A stretch of 64,000 nt of DNA from an uncultured Nitrospinota bacterium (GCA_963707985.1 CAVPRW010000001.1:32001-96000); one strand, 5' to 3'. Shown: positions 9,082 to 21,771, counted from the first letter of the stretch. Notes: generated by a model not told the origin, from the letters alone. Program-made: numbers and translations.

Positions 9082-9417
9082 ATGGCAGCATACGGTGAAT
9101 GGAATCGCAAGGGAGCGACGCTGAGCGACGTCACTGCCAAGGCCGAATACGGCGTGAGCCAGGACTGCATTGTCAAAGGCATCCAGACCGGCAAACTTGA
9201 GTACCGCGAAGGTTCGATTTGGGGCAATCCGTATCTCAGGGTCTTGAGAAGTCAGCTTGAGCAATACATTGCTGAGGAACTTGGAGAGGACTACTTGCTC
9301 AAAGTACAGGGCCAAACAGAGTTGCGTAGGGTCAAAAAGGAGATATCCAATCTCAAGAAGAGACTCGAGGGACTTCAAGAACGACAGCATGAGCTTGAGG
9401 CATCATTGGGCATATGA
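9082..9417 (+). CDS. Hypothetical protein with C-terminal coiled coil
   Basis: GAGG RBS before the ATG; plausible globular N-terminus and a heptad-rich C-terminus. Confidence 0.7.
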   Translation: MAAYGEWNRKGATLSDVTAKAEYGVSQDCIVKGIQTGKLEYREGSIWGNPYLRVLRSQLEQYIAEELGEDYLLKVQGQTELRRVKKEISNLKKRLEGLQERQHELEASLGI

Positions 9418-9511
9418 CAAATCACCGAATAATCGACACCAGCCGACGGTGAAGACTGGGGTGCCCATACTCAGGGGTGGGGGGAGTCCGGTGTCCTGGG
9501 TCATGTCCTGC

Positions 9512-9583
9512 GCCGAACAAGGCGCTCCACCGGACGGCAATTCCGCTGTGCTCCATTGCCGCCGGTGAGCTTTTGCGTTCGGT
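9512..9583 (+). repeat. attC site (72 bp)
   Basis: GCCGAAC...CACCGGACGGCAAT/ATTGCCGCCGGTG...GTTCGGT. Confidence 0.92.
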
Positions 9584-9603
9584 GCCAGAAGGAGGGAGAC
9601 AGC

Positions 9604-9813
9604 ATCGCGCAGGATTATGTGGGTCAGAAGGTCGCTGATATCCTCAAGCGGAAGAAAGCAAGTATTAAGCAGGCGCGCTTACCGCAAGGCTGTCCGGCTT
9701 GGGACGCCTTTATAGAGATGACATGGGAGCAGATTGAAGTCGGGGCGCGTGCCAATAGACCAGGATTTAAGGTCGTTCGCAAGTTGTTAACGGATAAGAG
9801 GTTTGATAAATGA
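9604..9813 (+). CDS. Small basic protein, toxin-like; start codon appears to be ATC
   Basis: AGGAGG RBS followed by ATC GCG CAG. Ends KLLTDKRFDK with an ATGA overlap into the next gene. Confidence 0.5.
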   Translation: MAQDYVGQKVADILKRKKASIKQARLPQGCPAWDAFIEMTWEQIEVGARANRPGFKVVRKLLTDKRFDK

Positions 9814-10073
9814 GCGCGCACCCCTTTCGCAAACTGACGACGTTTTTGAAGCGACTTGAGGAAGTCCACATCCATTACACATTGGCCTGCCATCGGGAGG
9901 ACGCAATCATGGTGCTGGTCACGGTGCCGGGCGAACGCTGGGAGGTCGAATTTTTGGGTGATGGGTCGATCGAGGTGGAGCGCTTTCTAAGCACCGGCGA
10001 GATCTGCGGCGAAGACGCTTTCAGCGAGCTGTGGACCAAGTACGCAGATCCCGAGCATGCGGAAACCCGATGA
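9810..10073 (+). CDS. Small acidic hypothetical protein (immunity/antitoxin-like)
   Basis: FLKRLEE..IHY.L...REDAIMV.V.VPGERWEVEF..DGSIEVERF.S.GEI; translationally coupled to the upstream ORF. Confidence 0.7.
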   Translation: MSAHPFRKLTTFLKRLEEVHIHYTLACHREDAIMVLVTVPGERWEVEFLGDGSIEVERFLSTGEICGEDAFSELWTKYADPEHAETR

Positions 10074-10120
10074 GGAGATCGGTCGGGAACTGCGACGTCC
10101 TGCAAGGCATCGAATCCTGC

Positions 10121-10179
10121 ACCGAACCAGGGCCTGGAGCCGACGCGGTCACCCGCGCGGCTCAGGCCCAGCGTTAGGC
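10121..10179 (+). repeat. attC site (59 bp)
   Basis: ACCGAAC...GTTAGGC; same family as 1137 and 2331. Confidence 0.93.
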
Positions 10180-10214
10180 GCCGGAAACCCCCTCTGCGCC
10201 ACAAGGAGCTTCTC

Positions 10215-10682
10215 ATGAACGAATCTGGCAATGTGGCTGAGAGAGTGGCACTGAGTCAAACAGAGAAAGATGCAGCCAGACAGTTTCTGACGCACCTTAT
10301 CGCGACGTTCCATGCCCGTATCAACCTACTGCTTGTGGCAGAGTCGTTGCTACTTGCCGCAATGTCGCAAGTGTGGGGTTCACGTGAACTCGGAATCATC
10401 ATGACTCTCTGCGCCCTTGGGGTGGTTCTCACGATTCTGCTTTGGGATCCGCTTCGTGTTCTATCCACGCGCACCGCGGCCGTGGCTAGGCTACTTCAAG
10501 AAGATGATCTGTATCAGGCCTACATCAAAGGGAGTTCGAGGCGCCTTCAACAGACTCATCGGCTGGCAAACTGGGTGCCGGTGGTTTTCCTTTCCTGCTG
10601 GTCTATCATCGCTGCGCTGGCCGTCCTGCGGGCACTTGGTATCTGCAAAGCACTCACCAGTGCACTGCCAGTCGGCGCCTAA
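10215..10682 (+). CDS. Hypothetical membrane protein (about 3 TM segments)
   Basis: AAGGAG RBS; hydrophobic segments; stop codon inside the attC R'' box. Confidence 0.75.
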   Translation: MNESGNVAERVALSQTEKDAARQFLTHLIATFHARINLLLVAESLLLAAMSQVWGSRELGIIMTLCALGVVLTILLWDPLRVLSTRTAAVARLLQEDDLYQAYIKGSSRRLQQTHRLANWVPVVFLSCWSIIAALAVLRALGICKALTSALPVGA

Positions 10683-10754
10683 CCACCGGCTGCAGCCGAC
10701 GCCTTCCAGCATCCGCTGCGGTCCCGCCTCCAGGCGCGGCTGAGCCGCAGCGTT
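10677..10754 (+). repeat. attC site split in R' by a group II intron (remainder AGAG at 12787-12790)
   Basis: GCCTAAC...GCAGCGTT|intron|AGAGTGT. Rejoined GTTAGAGTGT matches the next cassette end ACACGCTAAC with one mismatch. Confidence 0.88.
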
Positions 10755-12786
10755 GTCGCGCCAAGCAAAGCTTGGCGTCTCTTGCAAGGTGAACGTCCGT
10801 GTCGGGTCAGGGCGAGCCACCCACCCGTCGCGAGTCTTGCGCCCATGGCGGAGCCGTGGACACACGGCGAACCAGATGGGCGAAGCGTCGACAGCGAATC
10901 CTGGAGGCCGCAGGGGTGACCGCGCACCCTGAAGTGCTGGTACAGCTTCGAACAGGCGCTTGTGGCGGACGCCGAGGGTGTTCACGCACACCGAAGGCGA
11001 CACACGAGCCTCCATGTTGGCAAGGATGTGAAGGTCCGCCGGCGTCCTCAGGCCGTGGCAGGCCGGAAGAGAGGCGCACAAGCACGTGGGAAGCCCCAGC
11101 CGCTCCTGGGGGGAGGACACCACAGCCGTATGGTCGACAGCTCCTGAGGCACGGAAGGGGACACCCGGACACAGAACCCTGCGGGAACCTGGGCTCTGCG
11201 GTGGCACCCAGGCCAGGCCAGCGGAGACGTCTCGTCATCGGGACCACCCGCGGCATGCTCCTGGGGTGTCTGATCATGCCTAGGACTCTGAGGGAGGGAA
11301 AGCCGACGACATGGGGAAGGACATGACGGAAGTACGCCGCCCGCACAGGACACTTCTGCCGGACACGGTCGGATCGGACCACCAGCAGCCAACCTCCCTG
11401 CAGGGCCTAGCCCACAACGCGACAACCGACCAGCAGCCCCGCTGTCGGGATCTGTACGGGTGCCTGGATGCAGACCTGTGACTCGACGGCTGGGGGGACC
11501 TGAATACGCAGGCCGCCCGTGGGGTCGATGGCCTGACGGCCCAAGCCTACGCCGTCAACGTACAGGCCCACATCACGGCATTGGCGCAGCGCCTGCAAGG
11601 AACACGCGACCGGGCCACACGGGTCCGGCGCTGTGACATACCGCAGGAAAACGGCGCCGAAAGGCCGTGAGGGATTCCCGCACTCGCAGACACACGGGTG
11701 CAATTGGCCGGCGCGAAGCTGTTGACGGCAATCGATGCACAGGACTTTCTGGATGGTCGCGACGGCGATCGCCCCGGACGGGGGGCGTTGGATGCGGTCC
11801 GTGACCTCACCTTCGACCGGCCATACGGAACGTCTGGCGACGTGGTGGAGGCCGATGTCAAAGGCGTCTTCGACCAACGGGACCACACGAGGCGCTTGAC
11901 CATGGTGCGCGAGCGCATCGATGACCGCGCCTTTCTGCGCCTGATTCGGAAATGGCTGAAGGCTGGTCTTCTGGAGACCGACGGCCTGGTCGTGCCTCCA
12001 GAGACCGGCTCGCCCCAAGGCGGAGGCCTCTCACCTGTCCTGGCACACGTGTATTTGCACGATGCCCTGGACCGGTGGTGTGAGACAGTCGTCAAGCCCC
12101 ACTGTCGCGGCGGGGCACGGTTGTGCCGCGACGCCGACGACGGGGTCTGCGCCTTCCGCGACCAAGACGACGCAGAACGGTTCTCTCGGGCGCTCCCAAA
12201 GAGGTGAGCGCCGTGCAACCTCCAGGTCGCTCCCGACAAGACCCACCTCCGGCGCTTCAGTCGCTTTCAGCCGAGCCTGCGGCGACGCTTCACGTGTCTG
12301 GGATTCGAGCGGTACTGGAGGCCAGATCGCCAAGGCGTGCCACGTGTCAAGCGGCGTACCGCGCGCCAGAAGCTCCAGGCGGCGTGCCGTCGGATCACGG
12401 CATGGATCACCCAGCACCGGCACCTGCCGGGACGCGCGTGCTACCGGCACTTGAACAGCCGGCTGCGAGGCCACTACACCTACGACGGTCTGCAAGGCAA
12501 CTCCCGCTCCCTGTCCCGCTTTTTTGAGCGCGCTCTGCGCTGTACGTTTAACTGGCGCCATCGGCGCGGGGGACAGCGGCAGCGTTTGACCTGGGAGCCG
12601 TTCACCCAGGCCTGGGACCGGATAGGGAGAGCCCGGCCGCGCATGACGGAGGTCAAACAACGGAGGGTGTTCGCGTGACGACAACGCTTTGCCCCGCGGA
12701 TGCGAGGACAACCGAGGAACCGGATACGGGAAAACTGTACGTCCGGGACTGCACGGGGGGTGCCGGGTAACCGGCATTCCTACCGT
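10755..12786 (+). mobile_element. Group II intron A (non-IIC RT type), degenerate; boundaries +/-1 nt
   Basis: Starts GTCGCGCCAAGC, contains an RT ORF, then domain V GAACCGGATACGGGAAAACTGTACGTCCGG and domain VI TGCCGGGTAACCGGCATTCCTACCGT. Confidence 0.85.
11386..12678 (+). pseudogene. ltrA: Group II intron reverse transcriptase/maturase, inactivated
   Basis: RP*GIP, EADVKGVFD, GSPQGG.LSPVLA, RDADD in place of YADD. One reading frame with TGA at 11668 and 12205. Confidence 0.9.
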
Positions 12787-12808
12787 AGAGTGTGAACAGG
12801 GATCAACC

Positions 12809-13351
12809 ATGCCAAAATGGTTGGGTGGAAGCGCACTGAATCCTGACGAGACAGTCAAGCCGGGAAACCAATGGATGGGACAGCTCGCTAGAGTTAGACG
12901 GTGGTATGACCGTGTCCAATCATTGCAGAGGAAGAGCGAGACTGAGCAATTAACGGCCTATGACTTTGATACGCTTATTGCGTTCTTCCAGAATTGCTAC
13001 CACCTTAGGGACTGGCTTGAAGTGGCAAGGCCCGAATTGAAGAATGACATAAAGATATTGTTTGAGAACAATTTTGAGATGGGTGCGTGTCGTGATATTT
13101 GTCATGGTTTCAAGCACAAGGATTTGCGAAGGCCGTCTCTTGACGCAGATTTCAATCTTTACCGTGAATATGACGGTTTTGCGGCTGAAGCGGATGCAAG
13201 AAAAAACCCAGAAGTCTACAATGTTGCTTTTGCCGACGGCAACGATATCAGAAAATTCAACGTCTTTGATCTGGTAGACAAATGTGTTGATCTTTGGATC
13301 GATTTCCTCCAGAAGCACAGCTTGGTGCGCATCGCCGGCACTACACGCTAA
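12809..13351 (+). CDS. Hypothetical protein, HEPN-like
   Basis: Helical protein with AFFQNCYHLRDWL and CRDICHGFKH; stop codon inside R''. Confidence 0.6.
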   Translation: MPKWLGGSALNPDETVKPGNQWMGQLARVRRWYDRVQSLQRKSETEQLTAYDFDTLIAFFQNCYHLRDWLEVARPELKNDIKILFENNFEMGACRDICHGFKHKDLRRPSLDADFNLYREYDGFAAEADARKNPEVYNVAFADGNDIRKFNVFDLVDKCVDLWIDFLQKHSLVRIAGTTR

Positions 13352-13399
13352 CAAAGCGCTCAAGCGGACGCGGTAACCCGCGCGGCTCATGCTTCGCGT
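13346..13399 (+). repeat. attC site split in R' by a group IIC intron (remainder TCGGC at 17617-17621)
   Basis: CGCTAAC...CGCGT|intron|TCGGCGTCA. Rejoined GTTCGGCGTCA matches the next cassette end TGACGCCCAAC with one mismatch. Confidence 0.88.
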
Positions 13400-13835
13400 G
13401 TGTGCCAGGCATGGCACAGAACGAGCGAGGTGCAAGTCCTCGCGCCAGGTATGCGTGGAGCCGAAGGCGAGGAGCAGGGCAAGGGCGTCCACCGCGAGGT
13501 GGGGTCTGGAGGAAGCCCAATCCACACGCGCGGGGCGACGAACAGGAACCGGATACGAGGTGTGGCACACTCGGGACGAGCGGGCACGTGACCGCGAAGT
13601 CCTCCATCCGCAGGGGGTGTGCTTGATACATCCGGCGTCTATGCGCGGAACGTGCTGTGTCTGACCCTGGGAGATCTGGATGGCGTCCACGTCGAGGGTA
13701 TGGATGAAATCGGGTGGCACCGCCGGGACACCAGGCGGCAACAGAGAAAACACACCTCATCCTGCAGCCACGACAGGGACTAAGAGGGGAGCAATCCCCC
13801 CTGACCACCTCGCAGAAGTCAGCCGAGGCCGTAGT

Positions 13836-15995
13836 GTGTGCCTGGCAGCACGCGTCTCAGGCGGGTTAAAGTCCCGCTCGGCCCGAGACCACGGGCCGAT
13901 ATCCAAAGGTGGGGGTAATGCCTCACCGGCCAGAGAGAGAGGAAGGTATGGAGAACCCTATACGGGCACGAAGGCGAAAGCCGGACACCGCCAAGGGGGA
14001 CCTGAAGCCACCTCTTGCAGGACTCCGGAGGGCAGGGCGCCCACCGCGAGGTGGGGTCTGAAGGGCTTGCGGAGAACCACCGGGTCGTACATCGAGGGGA
14101 GCGCATCCCGCAGGATGAACCGGTCGGCCAAAGATGGGGAATGGTCGAGCCTGCACTATGGAGGCGAAGGCGCTATGGTTCCCCCCCATCGCACCACGGT
14201 GTGTGCGGACGACACGGTGGGGAAGAGGCGCGGGTGACCCAGGGAGACCTGGTATCGTCCGAACGGTAGGTATGGTCGACATCGTGTGACACCCGCAGAC
14301 GAAAGGGCGGGCAACGGGGAACACAAACCTCGACCTGAAGCCACCGAGAGGTAGGCGCGGATATAAGCGCGAGCGAAGTTCCGGCCGAGGCGGTGCCAGG
14401 AGTCGGAGCGGGGCATATTACTCAGGAACGAGGTCAGAGCAAAAGGCCTCGGACCGCTGGCCAGGAGCCGCGGCGCCGCCGGACGCAAAAGGTCTGGCGG
14501 AGGGGGAAGGCCCCGTGCTTTGCTGAGCGAGGGAAGCGTGAGGAAAGCGGTGAGTAGGTACTGGGAGGTTGGAAAGTTCCCTGTGCGAAAGACCCAACGC
14601 CGGTACGGAGGAGACCGTGGAACCACAGAACCCACACGCATCGGAAGGCAAGACAGGGGAAGAAGAAAGTCCACTCGCTGATCGACAAGGTGTTCAGTCG
14701 AAAGAACTTAGAGCTGGCCTGGGAGAAGGTCAAGAAGAACCGCGGCAGTGCCGGCATCGACGAAGTCACCATCGCGCAGTTTGAGGCCCGCAAGGAGTAC
14801 TATCTGGATCTCCTGCACCGCAAGCTACGCGATGGGACGTACCAGCCAAAACCCGTGAAACGGGTCGAGATCCCACAAGTCCGAGGGCGGCGTCAGAAAG
14901 CTAGGCATCCCGGCTGTGTTGGATCGGGTCTGCCAGCAGGCGCTGGTCCAGCGGATGGAACCGATCTTCGAACCGCACGTTCCTGGACAGTTCCTTTGGG
15001 TATCGCAAGGGGCGCTCGCCCCATGATGCGATGCGCAAGGTCTGGCAGGAGCTGAATGCGGGATATGGCTGGCTTGTGGATGCCGATCTACGCCAGTTTT
15101 TCGACACCATCGAGCAGGAAAAGCTCATCGACTTGATCGCCGAAGAGATTAGCGACGGCCGCGTCCTCCAACTCGTGCGGGACATGCTGCGGGCGGGCGT
15201 GATGGAGGGAGGGTGTTGGCGAACCCACGCTGACCGGCGTGCCCCAAGGTGGGGTGGCCAGCCCGCTGTGGTCCAACGTCTTCCTGACGCCGTTCGACCG
15301 CCGGATGACCGAGGAGGGCTTCCGGCTCACGCGCTGGGCGGATGACTTCGTCGTGCTGTGTCAGACGAGGGAAGAGGCCCAGCGGGCCTTGGCCATCGCC
15401 GAGCGGTTTCTCCGGGAGGAACTGGGGGTCGAGCTGCATCCGCAGAAGACGCGAATTGTGCACGTCAGCCAAGGCTTCGAGTTCCTGGGCTACAAGGTGC
15501 AAGCAGGGCACAGGCCACCGTCTACCGGCCTCCAAGCGCCGCGGCCGGCCTAACCCGCAGAACCTCTATGCTATCCCCCGGGAGAAGTCGGTGCAGCGGT
15601 TCCAGGAGCAGATTCGAAGCCTGACGCGACGGAAAGCGCCCCTGAAGCTTCGGGAGGTGATCGAGCGGATCAATCCCGGTGATTCGCGGCTGGGGGCACT
15701 TCTACCGCAAGGCGGATGTGAGACGGCTCTTCCATCGGCTGGACCGGTGGATCGAGCATCGCCTCTACTCGTTCCTGGCCAAGCGCTGGCGGAATCCGAT
15801 GTGGCGACAGTATCCCACTCGCCGGTTGATCGCGGAGTTCGGTTTGGTGCGACTGACACATCTCATCCCCGGTCTCGTCCTACGATGACTCCAGGGCGGA
15901 GCAGCAGAGGAAAGCGGCTTGCGGGAAAACTGCACGAGCCGTTTGATCGAGCGGACAGAGGCAGGGCTTTCACGCCCCACCTCTTCCGACTCTAC
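13836..15995 (+). mobile_element. Group II intron C nested inside intron B
   Basis: Starts GTGTGCC, has domain V AAAGCGGCTTGCGGGAAAACTGCACGAGCCGTTT, ends GACTCTAC. Removing it restores GAAGTCAGCCGAGGCCGTAGT|AGG of the outer intron. Confidence 0.88.
14617..15888 (+). pseudogene. ltrA: Group II intron RT/maturase with about six frameshifts
   Basis: KVHSLIDKV, LGIPAVLDRV.QQA, DADLRQFFD, GVPQGG.ASPL.SN, RWADD, FEFLGY, IRGWGHFY are spread over successive frames. Confidence 0.88.
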
Positions 15996-16176
15996 AGGAG
16001 GAGCGACACAGACACCAGGCGAAATCCGCACGGACGAACTAGGAACCCGCCCTGTAAATCGAAAGAGCAGGGGACGGAAACTCTTGGCCTACACGGGTTT
16101 GAGGCTGGTGGGCTGCCCCCTCTGAAGGCCCGAACGGTGCCCCGCAAGGGGCGTGCAGGAGAGGAGGAGTCGTGTC

Positions 16177-18016
<1,840 letters not shown>

Positions 18017-18094
18017 GTTGGTGGGCGTGAGTCACTAGAAATCGAGAAGGCAATCAGATAATATGATCCTCAGTTTTTGCATGGAGGATCTCTG

Positions 18095-18373
18095 ATGGCG
18101 CAAACACTCTCGGTGACCGAGGCGGCACGCCACTTCGCGGAGTATATCAACCGTGTCGTCTATCGTGGCGAGTCTTTTGTACTCGTACGAGGCAGCAAAC
18201 CCATTGCGGAGCTCCGGCCCCTCCCTGCGGGGAGACGGCTCGCGGAACTCCCCGCGCTGTTAGCGTCGCTGCCTCATCTCTCTGCAACCGACGCTATACA
18301 GCTTGCCGATGACCTCACGGCAGCACGGGAGGCGCTGGCCCGTGAGGAGGTCCGGGATCCGTGGCAGTCTTGA
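18095..18373 (+). CDS. Phd/YefM-type antitoxin
   Basis: LSVTEAARHFAEYINRV..RGESF...RG.KPIAEL.P. Confidence 0.85.
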   Translation: MAQTLSVTEAARHFAEYINRVVYRGESFVLVRGSKPIAELRPLPAGRRLAELPALLASLPHLSATDAIQLADDLTAAREALAREEVRDPWQS

Positions 18374-18774
18374 TCGATGCCAGCATCCTGATCGAGCACG
18401 AACGCGGTCGTCTTGATCTGGCGCCGCATCTTGCACATCGCCAGCAGGAAGAGTTCTTTATCTCAGTCGTGACGGCGAGCGAACTCCTCCATGGGGTCTA
18501 TCGCGCGGTACAGCCCGAAGTCCGGGCGAAGCGCTCCGCCTTTGTCGAAGCCATTCTGGAGCGTTTTCCCCTGCTGCCAGTCGATGTGGCGACCGCCCGG
18601 GCCCATGCGCAGGTGTGGGCGGAGCTGGCAGCAGCGGGCAAGATGATTGGGCCGCATGATCTATGGCTGGCGGCCACCTGTCTTGCACACGGCCTTACCA
18701 TGGTCACCGCCAACCTCCGCGAGTTTACCCGGGTTCCAGGATTGGCAGTTGAGGTGTGGGGAGGCCCTCCCTAG
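18361..18774 (+). CDS. vapC: VapC PIN-domain toxin
   Basis: LIDASILI, ISVVTASEL, DLWLAAT, VTAN.REF.RVPGL.VE.W. Confidence 0.92.
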   Translation: MAVLIDASILIEHERGRLDLAPHLAHRQQEEFFISVVTASELLHGVYRAVQPEVRAKRSAFVEAILERFPLLPVDVATARAHAQVWAELAAAGKMIGPHDLWLAATCLAHGLTMVTANLREFTRVPGLAVEVWGGPP

Positions 18775-18787
18775 CGTGTCCAGCTGC

Positions 18788-18869
18788 ACCGAACAAAGCG
18801 CTGCAGCCGACGCCCTCCAGCGTCCGCTCCGCGCCCGCTTCCGGGCGTGGCTGAGCTTTCGCGTTCGGC
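18788..18869 (+). repeat. attC site (82 bp)
   Basis: ACCGAAC...GCAGCCGACGCCC/GGGCGTGGCTGAGC...GTTCGGC. Confidence 0.9.
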
Positions 18870-18924
18870 GACGGGGAATACACGGATACGATTTCTACCA
18901 GGAGGTTGTTATGTCTGTCTACAT

Positions 18925-20865
18925 CTCTCCATTCGCCGCATCAGGTTCCCATTGCCTGAATTTCAAGCTGTGCGTAGAGAGTAGCCCCCAATCCCAGCCG
19001 TTGCAGGATGTCGTCCTGTAGCCTCGATAAGGATGTGAGCCGACGTAGACTGTCCTCTCCGGCCGCAGTCTTGATGATCGTCAGTGAGATGTCCGCAAAC
19101 GCGTTCAGAATCCGCTCCGCCGTGGGCTGGTCAGTCATCTTTGTCTTGTGTTCCGGGTGCAAGCCAGGGAGTTTGGTTTGATCTGTCTGCAGAGACCGCC
19201 GCAGCACACACTCCATGACTGTCAACACGCGGACACCGAGCGTCAGCAGGTACGTGAGGCCCGCGATGTGGTCGTTGAGCTTGACACACAACGGCGCGAT
19301 AGGCACGCGGCTCTTGAGGCGGTTGAAGATACGTTCGACACGGTATGCGTGGCGATAGCATAACACCGCCTCCTGCACAGACAGCGGCTGCGGAGTCGCA
19401 TGCGTGACAAAGGCCTTCCAGCCAAAACGTTGACGGAGAGCGGCGATGGTGTCTGCCTGGCGAGCGATGTGCGTCATGTGGTCGCGGGTGTTCTCGAGCC
19501 CCCGCTTCTCACGGTGCACAGAGCCGCGTCCCCGGCCTACATATGGGGAGGTCTGCTCGACCTGCTTTGCCCAGGTCACGCTGAGCAACCCGTCCACCCG
19601 ATGCGCTTTGAACACGAGGGCAATCGCCTCCACGAGCGTCGCTGCGTCAGTGATGTGCCGTTTGCCCCGCCCTCTCGGGGGCGTCAGGGTTGCCAGTTTG
19701 GTCTCCGCATGGCACAGACGTGTTTCCAACCCAGCGGCCTGGTGCTCTGCATGCATGGGGGAGCGCACCATCAATACCCGTTCATGCCCTGCCGCGGCGT
19801 CCCCGGCAGCGCCCGGCGCCTCACAGGTCCGCTCCAACGCATCGCCTTCGGCCGCCAGCACCTGGTGCCCACGGTCGTTGGTACGCACTAGGCGTGCTCA
19901 CTCGCCCCTCTCGCCTGGCGTCACCCCCGCGGTGCCCCAGGCGTCCATGGCCGCCGCCGTGGCCCCGGTCAACGGCACCGGCGACACGTACAAGTCCTGG
20001 GGTCTCGCCAGAGACGCACGAGTGTCCAACGCGCTCATCTGACCATCGCCGACAAACAACAGACCGCTGGTCTGCAAGCCGGTCCGGAGACGCTCCATGA
20101 TCGGTATGTATCAGCCATCATCGGCGCGTTCACCCGACAACACAGCCGTCGCCAGCGGCATCCCCAAGGGGTCCAACGACCCCATCATCACGTTGATCTG
20201 GGGCCGCGTCGGATCATCTTTGCGATGGCCGAACTGTACCAGGCCCTCTTCTGTGACCTCGTGATCACCCGACACCGTGGTGGCATCACAGCGGATCACG
20301 TCCTGAGACAAGTCGTCAACTTCAATGCTACGTGCATTCAGGTCGCGCTCTATCGGGTGCCAATAGGCCGGCTTGCTCAAGTGTTGCAGCCGATGGCTGA
20401 ACCGATCATCACGAAAATCCAGCGGCTCGATGACCTGCGCAGTCAGGTGGCTCAGGGTGTGGTGCATGCCCTTGAGGTAGGTTTCCACCGACACTTTCCG
20501 GGGGTCGCCTTCCGTGACGATAGAGGCCAGCCAGATCACGGCGGTCCACCCCCAACTGAGCCCCCGTTGCGTCCAATGGTGCGGGATATGCCGGTCCAAG
20601 ACCTCCGGCAAGCCCATCTTGACCATCTGCCCGATGAGTAGGGCCACATCGTCGACCCGCTCGGTGATCATCACCAAGTCACTTTGCCCAAGGATTGCCT
20701 GCGCTTGTTGCGCCAGTTGCACTCTCATGCCATCCTCCTCTCCCACGCTGGAACTGCTCGGAAGAGAGCATAGCAACTGCACGTCATGGGCTCAAAGGCT
20801 AGGCGACCCAAAGCTCAGGCCCCCGGAAATGAAGCTTTTGGACTTTTTGTACGGCGAATGGGGAG
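18925..20865 (-). mobile_element. IS1634-family insertion sequence
   Basis: Inverted repeats CTCTCCATTCGCCG / CGGCGAATGGGGAG; 6-bp target duplication CTACAT at 18919-18924 and 20866-20871. Confidence 0.9.
18941..20728 (-). pseudogene. IS1634 transposase, degenerate
   Basis: TERVDDVALL, DATTVSG, FGH.KD.P..PQ, SGE.ADDG, VERIFNRLK; internal stops near 20111 and 19890. Confidence 0.88.
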
Positions 20866-21319
20866 CTACATCATGGCTTTCGTGGATATTCATGACCGCA
20901 CGCGCTTTGCCCAGGACTATGTACCTCCCATCGCCTCGACCCTGGAGCTTTTTGGCGGGCGCGTCGTCGCGGCGTCTGACGAACCCACGACTCTCGAGGG
21001 CAGCGTGCCGCCAGGGCGCACGGTGCTCCTGGAGTTCCCGGATCTTGACAGCGCCCGTCGGTGGTATGCCTCCGACGAATATACGCCGCTCCTTGCCCTC
21101 CGCAAGTCCATTTCCACGTCGTCAGCCGTGTTGCTTCCGGGCGGTTTCACGCTCCACGACTGACCAGCACGCGCTGTGGGGTGCCGCTTCCTCATGCAGC
21201 CGGCAGAGGGGGACACGGTCCCTGGTAAGGAGGCAGCACAGGTGTCAGGAACCGCTCCTCCAGTGAGCCGTGAGCAGAGGGAACGGCGGGCGCGGGCCGG
21301 GGCTGCGGCGCAGATCGAG

Positions 21320-21401
21320 GCTGAACAAGGGCATGGAGCCGACTGCCGGAAGCCTACGCTGCGCTCCGGCTTCCGGCAGCAGCTCATGCCTGACGTTTGG
21401 C
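21320..21401 (+). repeat. attC site (82 bp)
   Basis: GCTGAAC...GGCATGGAGCCGACTGCCGGAAGCC/GGCTTCCGGCAGCAGCTCATGCC...GTTTGGC. Confidence 0.88.
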
Positions 21402-21444
21402 CTCTTCCGTGTGCGGTGAAGCAGCAGAGTGAATAGCATTGCCT

Positions 21445-21771
21445 ATGACAACGGTAATTTTACTCGTGATCTCGAATATCTTCATGACCCTTGCGTGGTA
21501 TGGACATCTGAAGCTGAAGACCAAGTCACTGCTGTTGATGATCCTGATGAGTTGGCTCATCGCGCTGCCGGAGTACACGTTCCAAGTACCCGCAAACCGC
21601 ATCGGTTCGGAGACGTTCACGATCACACAACTCAAGATCATGCAAGAGTGCATCACCCTCGTCGTGTTCACTGTCATCGTCTACTTGCTCTTTGGCGAGC
21701 GTCCATCGTGGAACATCTTCATCTCGTATCTCTTCATCATGGGTGCAGTCTATTTCGCATTTCGAGGCTGA
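21445..21771 (+). CDS. DMT family (DUF486-like) small membrane protein
   Basis: SNIFMTLAWYGHLK, SWLIALPEY.FQVPANRIG, QLKIMQECITL. Confidence 0.9.
   Translation: MTTVILLVISNIFMTLAWYGHLKLKTKSLLLMILMSWLIALPEYTFQVPANRIGSETFTITQLKIMQECITLVVFTVIVYLLFGERPSWNIFISYLFIMGAVYFAFRG

Larger units (their letters stand above)
18911..21163 (+). pseudogene. DUF1330 family gene interrupted by IS1634
   Basis: Removing the IS and one CTACAT copy gives in-frame MSVYIMAFVDIHD...LEFPDLDSARRWYASDEY. Confidence 0.88.

Noticed and set aside
12950..14793. Multiple overlapping ORFs in intron RNA regions
   Set aside because: They overlap structured intron domain I sequence and have low-complexity Arg/Gly/Pro translations.
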